Assembly: GCA_030429145.1 (NCBI GenBank)
Contig: JAUIDC010000001.1
Coordinates: forward strand, 330,001 to 362,000
From: Candidatus Saccharimonadota bacterium
GTDB lineage: Bacteria > Patescibacteriota > Gracilibacteria > Absconditabacterales > Absconditicoccaceae
DNA: 32,000 nucleotides
Direction: 5' to 3'
Position 1 is the stretch's first letter, and each line of letters opens with the position of its first letter. The notes beneath the pieces are model-generated. The model was given only the letters and a program-made list of their open reading frames with translations. It did no database searches and was not told the DNA's origin. The position numbers and the translations under genes are program-made. Of this stretch, positions 18,682-27,961 are shown piece after piece.

Positions 18682-19677
18682 ATGTACAAAAAACTTTCTT
18701 TAGACGAGTTAAGCTCACTACAAACCTCTTTCTTTGACCGCCTGCAATCACTCTATAAAAGGGAAAGATGTCAGATGCTCAAAGAATATCTTAAAATAGC
18801 ATTTAAGGATGGAAATGATGTCTACTACTTCAGAGAAGGATCAGCATATTTTAGACTAAGTAAAAAGGATAATTGCATTATTTTTGCTGACGAATGAGAG
18901 AAGATAGAGCTTCACGCTTCAGATGAAGACGTCAATCAGCTCCATAATCTCTTGAAGAAAGAGAAGAAGCTTTCAAAAGACATAAAAAACAATCTCAGTA
19001 TCAAAAACATCCTCGATGAAGAGTTTGCATCAGGAGATCGGAGAACTATCAATGGAAAGCCATATATTGTCTATGATATCGAAACCGAAAACGTTACCAG
19101 TAATAATATCGCGACACATAAGTTTACTATTGCTTATGCTCTCATGTCGGACTCTGGAGAGTACAAGCTTATCACCGAAACAAACCTAAAAAAATTCACC
19201 GACTTTCTACTGAACTTTGATGGTTATATCATCGGTTTCAACCATATATGATACGACAACCCTGTTTTATGCTACAATGCTGGGTATAGCACAGCAGAGA
19301 TAGAGCGCCTCGATGAAAAGAGCATCGATCTTTTTCTCTTTGTTTGGCAACTAATGCAAAGAAGAATGAGTCTCAATAAGCTTGGTGCAGCTCTTGTGGG
19401 AGCAAAGAAGACACTTGAGTCAGGACTAGAAGGCGTTGCCTTACGAAAAAAGTATAAAGAAGAATGAGACCAAAAAGCGTACAATCAGTTTAAGAAATAC
19501 TGTAAAAACGACGTCACCATGACCCACCTTATTCTCCTGTACTTTTTGAAGTACCAAAAACTCTCAGGAGAAGATGGGGAAGACATCAGCTTCGATGAAG
19601 ACAAGCTACTTTCCCTTTGAAAGTCACAAGGCAGTGAAGAAAGTGAGCAAGTAACACAAATGTCTATGTTTGCATAA
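18682..19677 (+). CDS. DEDDy-type 3'-5' exonuclease related to the PolB exonuclease domain, with an unknown ~110-aa N-terminal region (331 aa, table 25)
   Basis: Track ORFs 18682-18897 and 18952-19251 and their downstream extension form one frame with four TGA. ExoI is IVYDIETE, ExoII is IIGFNHI-G-YDNPVL and ExoIII is YCKNDVTMTHLI (Y-x3-D). TAA stop at 19675-19677. Confidence 0.65.
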
Positions 19678-19722
19678 GAAATAGAGAAAATATAAGTGGT
19701 TTTATACATTATTTTTTATTCT

Positions 19723-20499
19723 ATGAATTTTTTAGAACGTCTTGCGGACTATTACGATAAAGAAGCAGAAAAGTTTCATCGTACACGTCAGCGTCATCGG
19801 CCCGAGTTCGATATTTTGGCTGAAGAGATCAGAAGACGCTTCTCAAGAAAAAAGAACATCCGCATCCTAGAACTCGGCTGTGGAAGTGGAAGACTTCTAG
19901 GGTATCTCCAGAAAAAAATGCCTAAAAAACAATTTATCTATACGGGAGTGGATATCTCTCGTGGTTTGATCAATATCGCAAAAAAAGACTATCCTGATGC
20001 GACATGGAAGGTGAATAATATGACCTCATTTCTTTCTAGTACCAATCAAGAGTCATATGATATTGTTATCGCTATCGCAAGTTTTCATCACCTCCCCTCT
20101 TTTCGCATGAGGGTAACGACAGCGAATCATATATATAGATCTCTTTCGTATGATGGGTTCTGTTTCTTAACGAATTGGTCTGATAGCAAGCGATTCCGCC
20201 AGAGATTTCGTAGAAGCATCTATACTGCACTGCGAAAAAGCATTGTTTCTTTTGGGATCTACAGGCCAAACGACCTGTTTCTGCCTCGAAAAAGCGACAA
20301 GAAAGACAAAATATTCTTCAGGTATTATCATATTTTCACGCTACAAGAGCTGGAAAAAATCGCAAAGATATCATGATTTGGCGATATACACCAATTCTAT
20401 CTCGACAGTGAGTGAAAACAAACTCATACGAAAAACGACAGCAGAAACAGCTGTAGTATACGAGGGAAGAGCGTGTTTATAGACAATGATAACGAGTAA
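19723..20499 (+). CDS. Class I SAM-dependent methyltransferase (258 aa, table 25)
   Basis: Motif I ILELGCGSGRL and post-I GVDIS. The ATG at 19723 is preferred over the track GTG at 19696. Reading through TGA at 20374-20376 and one more TGA gives TAA at 20497-20499. Confidence 0.75.
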
Positions 20500-20532
20500 C
20501 ATCCCTCTTTCAGAAAGCAATAGTTCATATAT

Positions 20533-20565
20533 AAAAAACCAGAGACTCTTTGTCTTCTGGTTTTT
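20533..20565. terminator. Bidirectional terminator between the convergent methyltransferase and secY genes
   Basis: AAAAAA-CCAGAGAC...GTCTTCTGG-TTTTT: a hairpin with one bulge, flanked by an A-run and a T-run. Confidence 0.65.
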
Positions 20566-20599
20566 CTTATTTCGTTGCATGTCCGTGATTTTATGCGAT

Positions 20600-21925
20600 C
20601 TAGACTCTATCATACTTATGCATAAGTAGTTCTGCATTGACCTTGTTCATGATCTCTTGTACTACACCTACGATGATGATGATACCTGAACCAGTTACGA
20701 TCACAGGTAGTGTACCAAGCGACTGTGTTAATTGCTGAATGAATGGTATGTAAGTCAGTACATACGAGTAGATACCTACTAGACCGAGACCAATACCACC
20801 CCAAAGACAGAGATGTGAAAGCACTCTATTGAGATATCTTGCGGTCTCTGCTCCTGGTCTAATACCTGGAGTAAAGCCTCCTCTCTTCTGCACATTATCC
20901 GCAATCTTTTCAGGATTGAAGACAATCATCGTATAGAAGAACGTGAATGCCACTATCAATAGGAAGTAGATAAGGATAGCCAATACTGAAGGCTGTTGTG
21001 CATAGATATTGAAATTTCTTTCAATCCAGCTTGCAGCGTCCTGTATCGTTTGATTTTGTGTACCAAACTTGATCACGAGCTGTGAAAGCAAGTATGGGAA
21101 CGTAGCAAATGCGATAGCAAAGATGATAGGGATCATTCCGACTGGATTAAGAGGAATTGGGAGCGATGAGCTTTCCTGCACCTTACCCTGCTTTGCATAG
21201 ATAATAGGTACTTCCTTGATAGTTCTCAGCAAGAAAATAGAAAGGATAATCAGCCCCAAGACGATAATAAGCATGAACAAGAGAACACTTATCCAGTCAC
21301 TTCCTGCAGCTGTGATGTCAGTATATACCTTTGAAACAATTCCAGAGACAATGGAAGCAAAGATAATCAAAGAAATACCATTGCTTATACCCTTTTCTGT
21401 AATGCGTTCACCAATGTAGACGAGCATAACCGCACCGATTGTAAGAACGAATGCTGAAAGACATACAAGTCCAAAGTTATTTACATCGATCAACTGCCCT
21501 CCAAGAAGGTAGTTCATGAAATAAGTCATACCTATACCTTGGAGAAAAGCCAATGGAACAGTCAACCATCTTGTGTACTGTTGGATTTTCATACTTCCCT
21601 GCTCTCCCTGCTCCTGAAGCTCTTCGAGAGAAGGAACAATAGCCGTAAGAAGCTGCATGATAATCGATGCATTAATGTAAGCCCCAAGACCCACCGCGAT
21701 AATAGAAAACTGCTCAAGAGATCATCCAAGAAGCATAGCAAAATATTCGAGACCTCCTGCATTACCAAGAGAAGTCTGGCTCAAAAGTGCAGAAACGTCA
21801 ACAAATGGCACTGGCACGATAACAAGTAGTCTGTAAAGAGCCAAAAATGCCAGAGTCCAAAGGATTTTGGTTCTGATCGTTCTACTACGGAAAGCATCAC
21901 CTATACTCGTCAATATTCCTGCCAT
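20600..21925 (-). CDS. secY: Preprotein translocase subunit SecY (441 aa, table 25)
   Basis: Track ORFs 21722-21925 and 20600-21694 are in frame and joined through TGA at 21722-21724, giving ...EYFAMLLG-G-SLEQFSIIAVGLGAYINASIIMQLL (consensus GG...S+FaLGI.PYI.ASII.QLL). TAG stop. Confidence 0.93.
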
Positions 21926-21953
21926 GGCTAATAGTCTTAAAGCTAAAAGTGCT

Positions 21954-21987
21954 AAAGTTCATAAAGCCCCAAGACCTTATGAACTTT
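21954..21987 (-). promoter_or_regulatory. Perfect 11-bp stem-loop in the rplO-secY intergenic spacer (function unknown)
   Basis: AAAGTTCATAA (21954-21964) pairs with TTATGAACTTT (21977-21987) around a 12-nt loop. No U-run follows on either strand, so it is not a canonical terminator. Confidence 0.5.
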
Positions 21988-22000
21988 CTCCTTTATATAA

Positions 22001-22447
22001 CTAGTTTATAGTTCCTCCTGCCTTTTCAATCTTCTCCTGTGCTGATTTTGAAACAGCATCCATTCCAGAGAAAGTAAGTTTTTTCTTCAATTCACCACTA
22101 CCAAGGATTTTTACTTTTTCTCCCTTGTTGAGGATACCTGCTTCAATAAGGGCCTCCTTTGTCACCTCTCCTGAGATCTTCTCATGCTCTTCAAGAACAG
22201 AAAGGTTTACTGGAGTATATTTATCCATCAGCTTGAAGTATCTCTTGAATCCTCTGAGCTTAGGCAATCTTTGGACTAAGGGAGTCTGTCCACCTTCAAA
22301 CCAGGCAGGCAGGCTAGCACCAGCTCTCTGACCAGTACCTTTATTACCTCTCCCTGATGTATTACCTCTTCCTGAACTGTCTCCTCTTCCTCTCTGGATT
22401 CTAGGATCTTTGAGGCCTTTACTTTTTTTCAATGTGTATCCGAACAT
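22001..22447 (-). CDS. rplO: 50S ribosomal protein L15 (uL15)
   Basis: RGRGDSSGRGNTSGRGNKGTGQRAG...FEGGQTPL.RRLPK.GF is the L15 signature. 148 aa. Confidence 0.92.
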   Translation of the reverse strand: MFGYTLKKSKGLKDPRIQRGRGDSSGRGNTSGRGNKGTGQRAGASLPAWFEGGQTPLVQRLPKLRGFKRYFKLMDKYTPVNLSVLEEHEKISGEVTKEALIEAGILNKGEKVKILGSGELKKKLTFSGMDAVSKSAQEKIEKAGGTIN

Positions 22448-22471
22448 GGTAACTTATCGGTAAATATAAAA

Positions 22472-23239
22472 CTATGATGATTTAGCAGTCTTCTTTGCAG
22501 GAGCCTTCTTTGGAGCTCCGCTATTAGATCTTGACCCAGGTTTTCTTCCTCCTGCTCTTCTTGTCTTCTCCTTCTCTTTTTCAGCTTTTTGTGCCGCGAT
22601 AGTCTCCGCTGTATTGTGCTCTGGAAGTGTTGATCTATCTACTTTGTATTGGCTAAGAGCCTGTATAGTCGCAAGCGCGTTATTTAACTTATTGTTTGTA
22701 CCCATAATCTTCGAAAGGATATTAGTATATCCTGCAAGCTCAGCAACTGAACGGAGCGCAGAACCCGCTTTCAAACCTGTACCAGGCGCAGCTGGTATGA
22801 TTCTAATGACAGCAGACTTATACTTGTGCGAAACAGTATATGGCACCGTTCCCGACTCTGTAATAGGTACTACCTTGATGTTCTTATAAGCCTCATGCGT
22901 TGCCTTTCTTACAGCAATCGACACATCAGAACCTTTTGCGATACCAAGACCTATCTTTCCTTTCTTATTACCAACAAGGATGATTGCTCTAAACGAAAGC
23001 TGACGTCCACCAGTATTTACTCTCGTCACTCTTCTTACTTCAAGCAAAAGCTCCTCAAACTCTTTCTTTGGTCTCTCTCTTCTCTCTCCTCTTTCTGGTC
23101 TGTCAGATCTACCACGCTTAGCGTTGTTCTTTTTCGTCGAAGTATCTGATGAGCCCTCAGAAGATGAACTAGCTTCAGCTTTCTGCTCAAGGTCCTTGTT
23201 CTCTTCCTGAGTTTCAGTTACTTTTTCTTCCGTAGACAT
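22472..23239 (-). CDS. rpsE: 30S ribosomal protein S5 (uS5) with N- and C-terminal low-complexity extensions (255 aa)
   Basis: S5 core LLEVRRVTRVNTGGRQLSFRAIILVGNKKGKIGLGIAKGSDVSIAVRKA...IIPAAPGTGLKAG. It is flanked by a ~60-aa charged N-terminal region and a ~50-aa Lys/Ala-rich tail. Confidence 0.92.
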   Translation of the reverse strand: MSTEEKVTETQEENKDLEQKAEASSSSEGSSDTSTKKNNAKRGRSDRPERGERRERPKKEFEELLLEVRRVTRVNTGGRQLSFRAIILVGNKKGKIGLGIAKGSDVSIAVRKATHEAYKNIKVVPITESGTVPYTVSHKYKSAVIRIIPAAPGTGLKAGSALRSVAELAGYTNILSKIMGTNNKLNNALATIQALSQYKVDRSTLPEHNTAETIAAQKAEKEKEKTRRAGGRKPGSRSNSGAPKKAPAKKTAKSS

Positions 23240-23280
23240 GTGTAGTGTAAACTATAAATTAAATATAATTATGATAATAG

Positions 23281-23640
23281 TTAGTTTTTAAGTCCTGCTT
23301 CATTGGCTCCGACAGACACACTTTTTACTCTTCCGTGATATCTCAGTCCGTTTCTATCAAACACGACCTCAGAGACACCATTCTCAATTGCCTTCTTTGC
23401 CACAGTCTTTCCTACCTCAAGAGCTTTTTCTGTCTTTGTCCCTTTCTTCATAGCTTTATCATTTGCTGAAGCGATAACCTTTCCAGAAAGATCAACCACT
23501 TGTGCGTATGTATAAAGGTTAGACTTATTGACAATAAGTCTTGGCAAAGAGCTTGTCGCCTTGATAGTAGTGTTTACTCTGTGTTTTCTTCTTGCATGTC
23601 TAGCAGCTTTGTTCTGCAATGCACGAGTAATATTTTTCAT
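23281..23640 (-). CDS. rplR: 50S ribosomal protein L18 (uL18)
   Basis: RRKHRVNTTIKATSSLPRLIV.KSN...YAQVVD...FDRNGLRYHGRVK..A.GA.EAGL. 119 aa. Confidence 0.92.
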   Translation of the reverse strand: MKNITRALQNKAARHARRKHRVNTTIKATSSLPRLIVNKSNLYTYAQVVDLSGKVIASANDKAMKKGTKTEKALEVGKTVAKKAIENGVSEVVFDRNGLRYHGRVKSVSVGANEAGLKN

Positions 23641-23682
23641 GTCTGTTATACAGATAACAATGATTAAAAAGATATAGTAAGA

Positions 23683-24228
23683 TTATTTCTTAGCAGCCTT
23701 TCCTGCCTTCATCTTCACTTGTTCTCCAAGGTATCTAATACCCTTGCCCTTATAAGGCTCTGGCTTTCTCAAGCTTCTGATCTTTGCAGCAGCTTCACCG
23801 ATACTCTCTTTATTAATACTTGTAAGCGTGATGATATCGTTACCTTTTGAGTCCTTGTCTACTGATGCCGCAACATCCTTAGGAAGCTTGAATACAACTG
23901 GGTGAGAAAACCCGAGGGCAAGCTGAATATTTTCACCCTGCACTTTTGCTGAGAAACCAACTCCGAGCACCTGCAACTTCTTCTCATAGCCAGCGCTCAC
24001 ACCCTCTACCATATTGGCAATAAGTGTTCTTGAAAGTCCCCAAAGGTTTTTCTTGCTGTCATCATCGATAGAAACCACTACCGCATCATCTTTTACCTCA
24101 GCATTTACACCCTCAAGCAATGTATATGAAAGAGTACCCTTACCCCCTTTAACTGACACCTCCTTACCATTGATGGTAACCTCAACGCCTGAAGGGATTG
24201 CGATACTTTTTTTACCTATTTTAGACAT
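23683..24228 (-). CDS. rplF: 50S ribosomal protein L6 (uL6)
   Basis: MSKIGKKSIAIPSGVEVTINGKEVSVKGGKGTLSY...LRKPEPYKGKGIRY.GE. 181 aa. Confidence 0.93.
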   Translation of the reverse strand: MSKIGKKSIAIPSGVEVTINGKEVSVKGGKGTLSYTLLEGVNAEVKDDAVVVSIDDDSKKNLWGLSRTLIANMVEGVSAGYEKKLQVLGVGFSAKVQGENIQLALGFSHPVVFKLPKDVAASVDKDSKGNDIITLTSINKESIGEAAAKIRSLRKPEPYKGKGIRYLGEQVKMKAGKAAKK

Positions 24229-24256
24229 TGTCGTATAAGTAGATAGTTAAAATAAA

Positions 24257-24661
24257 TTAGTAGATTTCTGCAATAAGCTCTCCTCCTATCTTTTTCTGTT
24301 TTGCCACATGGCTTGGCATCAATCCTTGAGATGTTGAGAGAATTCCTATACCGCGACCTGCAGCTACTGGCTTAATCTCCTTATATGAAATATACCAGCG
24401 TCTTGATGGTCTTGAGTAGAACTTAATAACTGGAATGTCATTAATTTCGTCCTCAACCTCCTTAAGATCAATAGAGATTGTTTTCTTATTGCCCTCTGAG
24501 GCTACATCATATCCTATGATAAAACCATACTGCTTTAGCAGCTCAAGTACGTTTACCTTAAAATTAGAATAAACGACACCGTCCACGCGAGTTCTTCTCG
24601 CCATGTACGCATTTTTTATTCTAATCAAGAGATCATGTATAGGAGCGTTTACAAAACTCAT
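24257..24661 (-). CDS. rpsH: 30S ribosomal protein S8 (uS8)
   Basis: PIHDLLIRIKNAYMARR... and a C-terminal GGELIAEIY. 134 aa. Confidence 0.92.
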   Translation of the reverse strand: MSFVNAPIHDLLIRIKNAYMARRTRVDGVVYSNFKVNVLELLKQYGFIIGYDVASEGNKKTISIDLKEVEDEINDIPVIKFYSRPSRRWYISYKEIKPVAAGRGIGILSTSQGLMPSHVAKQKKIGGELIAEIY

Positions 24662-24697
24662 GGAAATAGTTAACAGAAAAATATAAAGGAAAGATTT

Positions 24698-24922
24698 TTA
24701 CCAACTTGCTTTTTTCAAACCTACGATAAGTCACTCTCTCGCGTACTTTCTCAGGCATACTCTACAGATACCGAAGTCTCTGAAGTAACTATTAGCTCTT
24801 CCGCAAAGCTTACATCTGTTGTAATACTTTGTGGCATGCTTCATAGTTTTACCTTCCGCAAGAGCTTTCTCTCTACGAGCATTTAGTTTTGCTTGTTTCA
24901 CTTTTAGTGCATTTCTTGCCAT
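24698..24922 (-). CDS. rpsN: 30S ribosomal protein S14, zinc-binding type Z (uS14; 74 aa, table 25)
   Basis: CxxCGR...CRVC zinc knuckle. Reading TGA at 24731-24733 as Gly recovers the conserved tail ...[16 protein letters not shown] (compare G.IPGVKKASW), then TAA at 24698-24700. The track ORF stops 11 codons early. Confidence 0.92.
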
Positions 24923-24952
24923 GGATAGTGATTAGGATATGGTAGTAAAAGA

Positions 24953-25501
24953 TTATTTCTTCTCAACAAAGATGAACCCTAGTGCTTTCATAAGAGCAAT
25001 AGCATCTTCCTTTGTCTCAGCATTAGTCACAACATTGATTTGAACACCCATCGCTGCTTGTGTATCGTCTGCCATAAGCTCAGGGAAGATAGACTGTGTT
25101 GCAAGTCCGATGTTATAGTTATTATTTGGATCGAAACTCTTTGGATTGAGTCCAACGAAGTCTCTCACACGAGGCATAACGATAGTTGTTAGTTTATGTA
25201 AGAAGTCATACGCCTTGTCTTTTCTCAACGTCACCTTCAACATAACAGGCATATCCTCTCTCAATTTGAAGTTCGAGATCGCCTTCTTCGACTTAATCAT
25301 TACTGGCTTCTGTCCTGTGATAGACATAAGATTCTTCTCAAGGTCAGAGAAATCCTTCACGCCTTTTCTCGTTGCCAAAGAACCAATACCCACACTGACG
25401 ATAACCTTATCGATAGAAGGAACTTGGTGAATATTTTTCTTCTGCAATTCCTTTTGGAGCGCAGTCTTCTTTTCTGACTTATATTGTTGATAGATACTCA
25501 T
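24953..25501 (-). CDS. rplE: 50S ribosomal protein L5 (uL5)
   Basis: VPSIDKVIVSVGIG...; ...ISNFKLREDMPVMLKVTLR..KAYDFL.KL....PRVRDF.G. The ATG at 25501 is preferred over the track TTG at 25516. Confidence 0.9.
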   Translation of the reverse strand: MSIYQQYKSEKKTALQKELQKKNIHQVPSIDKVIVSVGIGSLATRKGVKDFSDLEKNLMSITGQKPVMIKSKKAISNFKLREDMPVMLKVTLRKDKAYDFLHKLTTIVMPRVRDFVGLNPKSFDPNNNYNIGLATQSIFPELMADDTQAAMGVQINVVTNAETKEDAIALMKALGFIFVEKK

Positions 25502-25533
25502 GGGGAGTAAATACAAAGTGATAAAGTAATAGT

Positions 25534-25824
25534 TTATTTGATAGCTTCTTTGCTTGTTTTCAGCACTCTCACTCTTTTTCCGTTTTTATCAGCGTCAATA
25601 CCTACTCTCGAAGCTTTCTTTGCTTTTTCATCATAGAGCGCAATGTTGGAAATATGTACAGGATGAATTTTATCTATGAACCCCTGTCATTTTACCGCCT
25701 TTTTCATCACATTGACTCCTTTTACGACAACCATGTCGCCGTTTACAGACTCAACCGTTGATGTTTTTCCCTTGAACTTACCGGCGATAACAACAACCGA
25801 ATCTCCTGCTTTGATCTTTTTCAT
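25534..25824 (-). CDS. rplX: 50S ribosomal protein L24 (uL24; 96 aa, table 25)
   Basis: MKKIKAGDSVVVIAGKFKGKTSTV (KOW motif). Reading TGA at 25687-25689 gives ...KKAVK-G-QGFIDKIHPVHISNIALYD. TAA stop at 25534-25536. Confidence 0.9.
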
Positions 25825-25873
25825 AATTGGATCGTAGTATACAAGTAAATAGTATGATAGATATATGAAACTG

Positions 25874-26242
25874 TTATATAACCTCCTCTGCAAGAGTAGC
25901 AACGTCCTTGAAGCCAACATCTCTTAGCTCTTTTGCCACAGGACCGAAGATTCTCTTCCCGATTGGTTCATCATCCTCGTCAATAAGAGCAACCGCATTG
26001 TCGTCAAATCTAAGGTATGTACCATCTTTTCTTCTTACTTCTTTCTTCGTTCTGACAACAACAGCTCTCGCAGTGTCACCCTTCTTAAATGAAGAGCTCG
26101 GTGAGGCAGTCTTGATAGCGACCTTTACTCTATCTCCGATAGTTGCTTTGTCTGACATAGATCCCTTGAGGATACCTATGACCTGTGCAACCTTTGCTCA
26201 GCTGTTATCAGCAACGATAACTTTTGATTGTCTTTGTAACAT
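25874..26242 (-). CDS. rplN: 50S ribosomal protein L14 (uL14; 122 aa, table 25)
   Basis: The true N-terminus MLQRQSKVIVADNS-G-AKVAQVIGILKGS is recovered by reading TGA at 26198-26200 as Gly (consensus MIQ..S.L.VADNSGAK). The track ORF starts 28 codons late. Confidence 0.93.
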
Positions 26243-26273
26243 TGTGACAATAAGTAATAATGATAATAAATGA

Positions 26274-26537
26274 TTATACTGCCTGACCGACAACTTCTAC
26301 CAACGCCCATCTTTTAGTCTTGCTGCGTGGATTGTCCTGTCTGATTCTTACAGTATCTCCTGCTTTCGCTGTATTCTCAGCATCGTGAGCGTAGTATTTC
26401 TTTCTTACAGTAAATCTTTTTCTGTAGAGCGGATGCTGCTTGACAGTCTTTGTCATCACAACGATGGTTTTATCCATCTTGTCGCTCACTACTGTACCTA
26501 CAAGCTCTTTGATACTTTTTCCTCCGATAATAGCCAT
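26274..26537 (-). CDS. rpsQ: 30S ribosomal protein S17 (uS17)
   Basis: [14 protein letters not shown]......HPLYRK......KYYAHDE.N.AK.GD.V.I....P.SK.KRW. 87 aa. The start overlaps the rpmC stop by 1 nt (TAATG). Confidence 0.92.
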   Translation of the reverse strand: MAIIGGKSIKELVGTVVSDKMDKTIVVMTKTVKQHPLYRKRFTVRKKYYAHDAENTAKAGDTVRIRQDNPRSKTKRWALVEVVGQAV

Positions 26538-26749
26538 TATTGAGCGAGAGATTTAGAAGATAAAGCGGTATTTACCCTTGCAATGTTTCTTCTGACAGCA
26601 CGAATCTGGTGCGTCTCTTTCAATGCTTTCACATGATTTTTCATCTGAAGCGAAAAGAGCTGCTTTCTAAGATCGTTACGAAGCGCAACAAGATCTTTAT
26701 ATGATTTCTCTGTCAGATCATTCATAAGGAGTTTTTCTTTCTTTGCCAT
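26537..26749 (-). CDS. rpmC: 50S ribosomal protein L29 (uL29)
   Basis: 70 aa and helical, with ...LR..LF.L+M+......+.TH.IR.VRR.IAR..T. It sits between rplP and rpsQ. Confidence 0.88.
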   Translation of the reverse strand: MAKKEKLLMNDLTEKSYKDLVALRNDLRKQLFSLQMKNHVKALKETHQIRAVRRNIARVNTALSSKSLAQ

Positions 26750-26786
26750 TTTATAGTAATGGTTTCTAAGACAATAAAACAGATTG

Positions 26787-27209
26787 TTATCTTACTTCAC
26801 CTTTTTCTACCATCCTGGTAGTCATAGGAAGCTTATACGATGCCTTCTTGAATGCCTCTTCAGCTATTTCTCTGTCGAGCCCACTCACCTCAAAAAGGAT
26901 TCCTCCTTTTTTTACTCTTGCCTGGTAGTGATCTACGTCACCCTTACCAGAACCCATCGGCATTTCAAGCCCCTTCTTCGTGTATGGAACATCCGGGAAG
27001 ACTCTAAACCAGATCTTACCAACCTTTCTTGTATATCTTACGATAACCTTTCTGGCTGCTTCGAGCTGTCTGTTGCTGACGTAGGCACTTGTAGTGGCTT
27101 TCAGTCCATATTCACCAAAAGCAACTTTATTACCTCTTGTCGCCGCACCAGTGATACGCCCTCTCATTTGTTTTCTATATTTCCATCTCTTTGGAGTTAA
27201 GATAGACAT
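26787..27209 (-). CDS. rplP: 50S ribosomal protein L16 (uL16)
   Basis: L.PKR.KYRK..RGR..G.A.RGN.VAFGEYGL+A.....++.RQ+EAAR. 140 aa. Confidence 0.94.
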   Translation of the reverse strand: MSILTPKRWKYRKQMRGRITGAATRGNKVAFGEYGLKATTSAYVSNRQLEAARKVIVRYTRKVGKIWFRVFPDVPYTKKGLEMPMGSGKGDVDHYQARVKKGGILFEVSGLDREIAEEAFKKASYKLPMTTRMVEKGEVR

Positions 27210-27248
27210 CGTAATATTGTGCTATATATAAACTAAATGTGTGAGATA

Positions 27249-27950
27249 TTATTGCATAATTTTTTTCATCGCTTGTTGTTTTTTCACCTCATTAGAGTCT
27301 GTATTGTTCCCTTTCAATTTCACGAGCGTGTCACCCTTTGAGATCCAGACCTTGATACCAATGATTCCGTATTTTGTAAGAGCCGTTGTATAATGATAGT
27401 CGATATCAGATCTTAACGTTTGAAGAGACACTCTTCCTTCTGAGAACTTTTCTGTTCTTGAAAGGTCTACACCACCAAGACGTCCAGATACCTGAACTTT
27501 CACACCAGTCGCACCCTTCTCCATAACTTTCTGGAGAACCATCTTAGCAACGCGTCTAAATGGCATACGAGCCTCTATCTGCTGAGCAGCAAACTCACCC
27601 ATAATCTTAGCCGACAATTCAGGAAGTCTTACATCTTTAAGCACCACCTTGAACTCACGACCGAACCTCTTTTGCAGAAGCTTCGAAAACGACTCCAGCT
27701 TACTTCCCTCTTTACCAAGGATAAGCGCAGGCTTAGCTGTAAAGATGATGACCTCTCCCTCTTTCTCAGTCTTTCTGATAACCACTTTTGCGATACCAGC
27801 TCTGACGAAAGTTTCGTCGATCAATCTTCTGATTTGAATATCCTCTACGAAGAACTGAGCACCTTGTCCTCTTGTTTTAGCGAACCACTCCGACGGCCAC
27901 GTCTTAGTAATACCAGCTCTTAGTCCTCTAGGATCTGCTTTTTGTCACAT
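27249..27950 (-). CDS. rpsC: 30S ribosomal protein S3 (uS3; 233 aa, table 25)
   Basis: ATG at 27950..27948 is followed immediately by TGA (27947..27945), giving M-G-QKADPRGLRAGITKTWPSEWFA, the universal S3 N-terminus MGQK..P.G.RLGI...W.S.W+A. The track ORF starts 42 codons late at a TTG. Confidence 0.93.
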
Positions 27951-27961
27951 GAAATGAAGGA

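Noticed and set aside
1279-20499. Runs of short same-frame ORFs (e.g. 4831-5073/5089-5316/5377-5955/5962-6150; 12613-12963/13258-13596; 14659-15213/15241-15612/15703-15933) could be read as pseudogenes or frameshift-decayed genes.
   Set aside because: All breaks are TGA only, never TAA, TAG or frame shifts. They fall on conserved Gly positions, and essential genes (uS3, uL14, uS14, uL24, uL3, SecY) show the same pattern. Recoding explains this, not decay.
20371-20637. Track ORF 20371-20637(-), 88 aa, as a gene downstream of secY.
   Set aside because: It spans the methyltransferase 3' end, the bidirectional terminator and the secY 3' end, and has no coding features.
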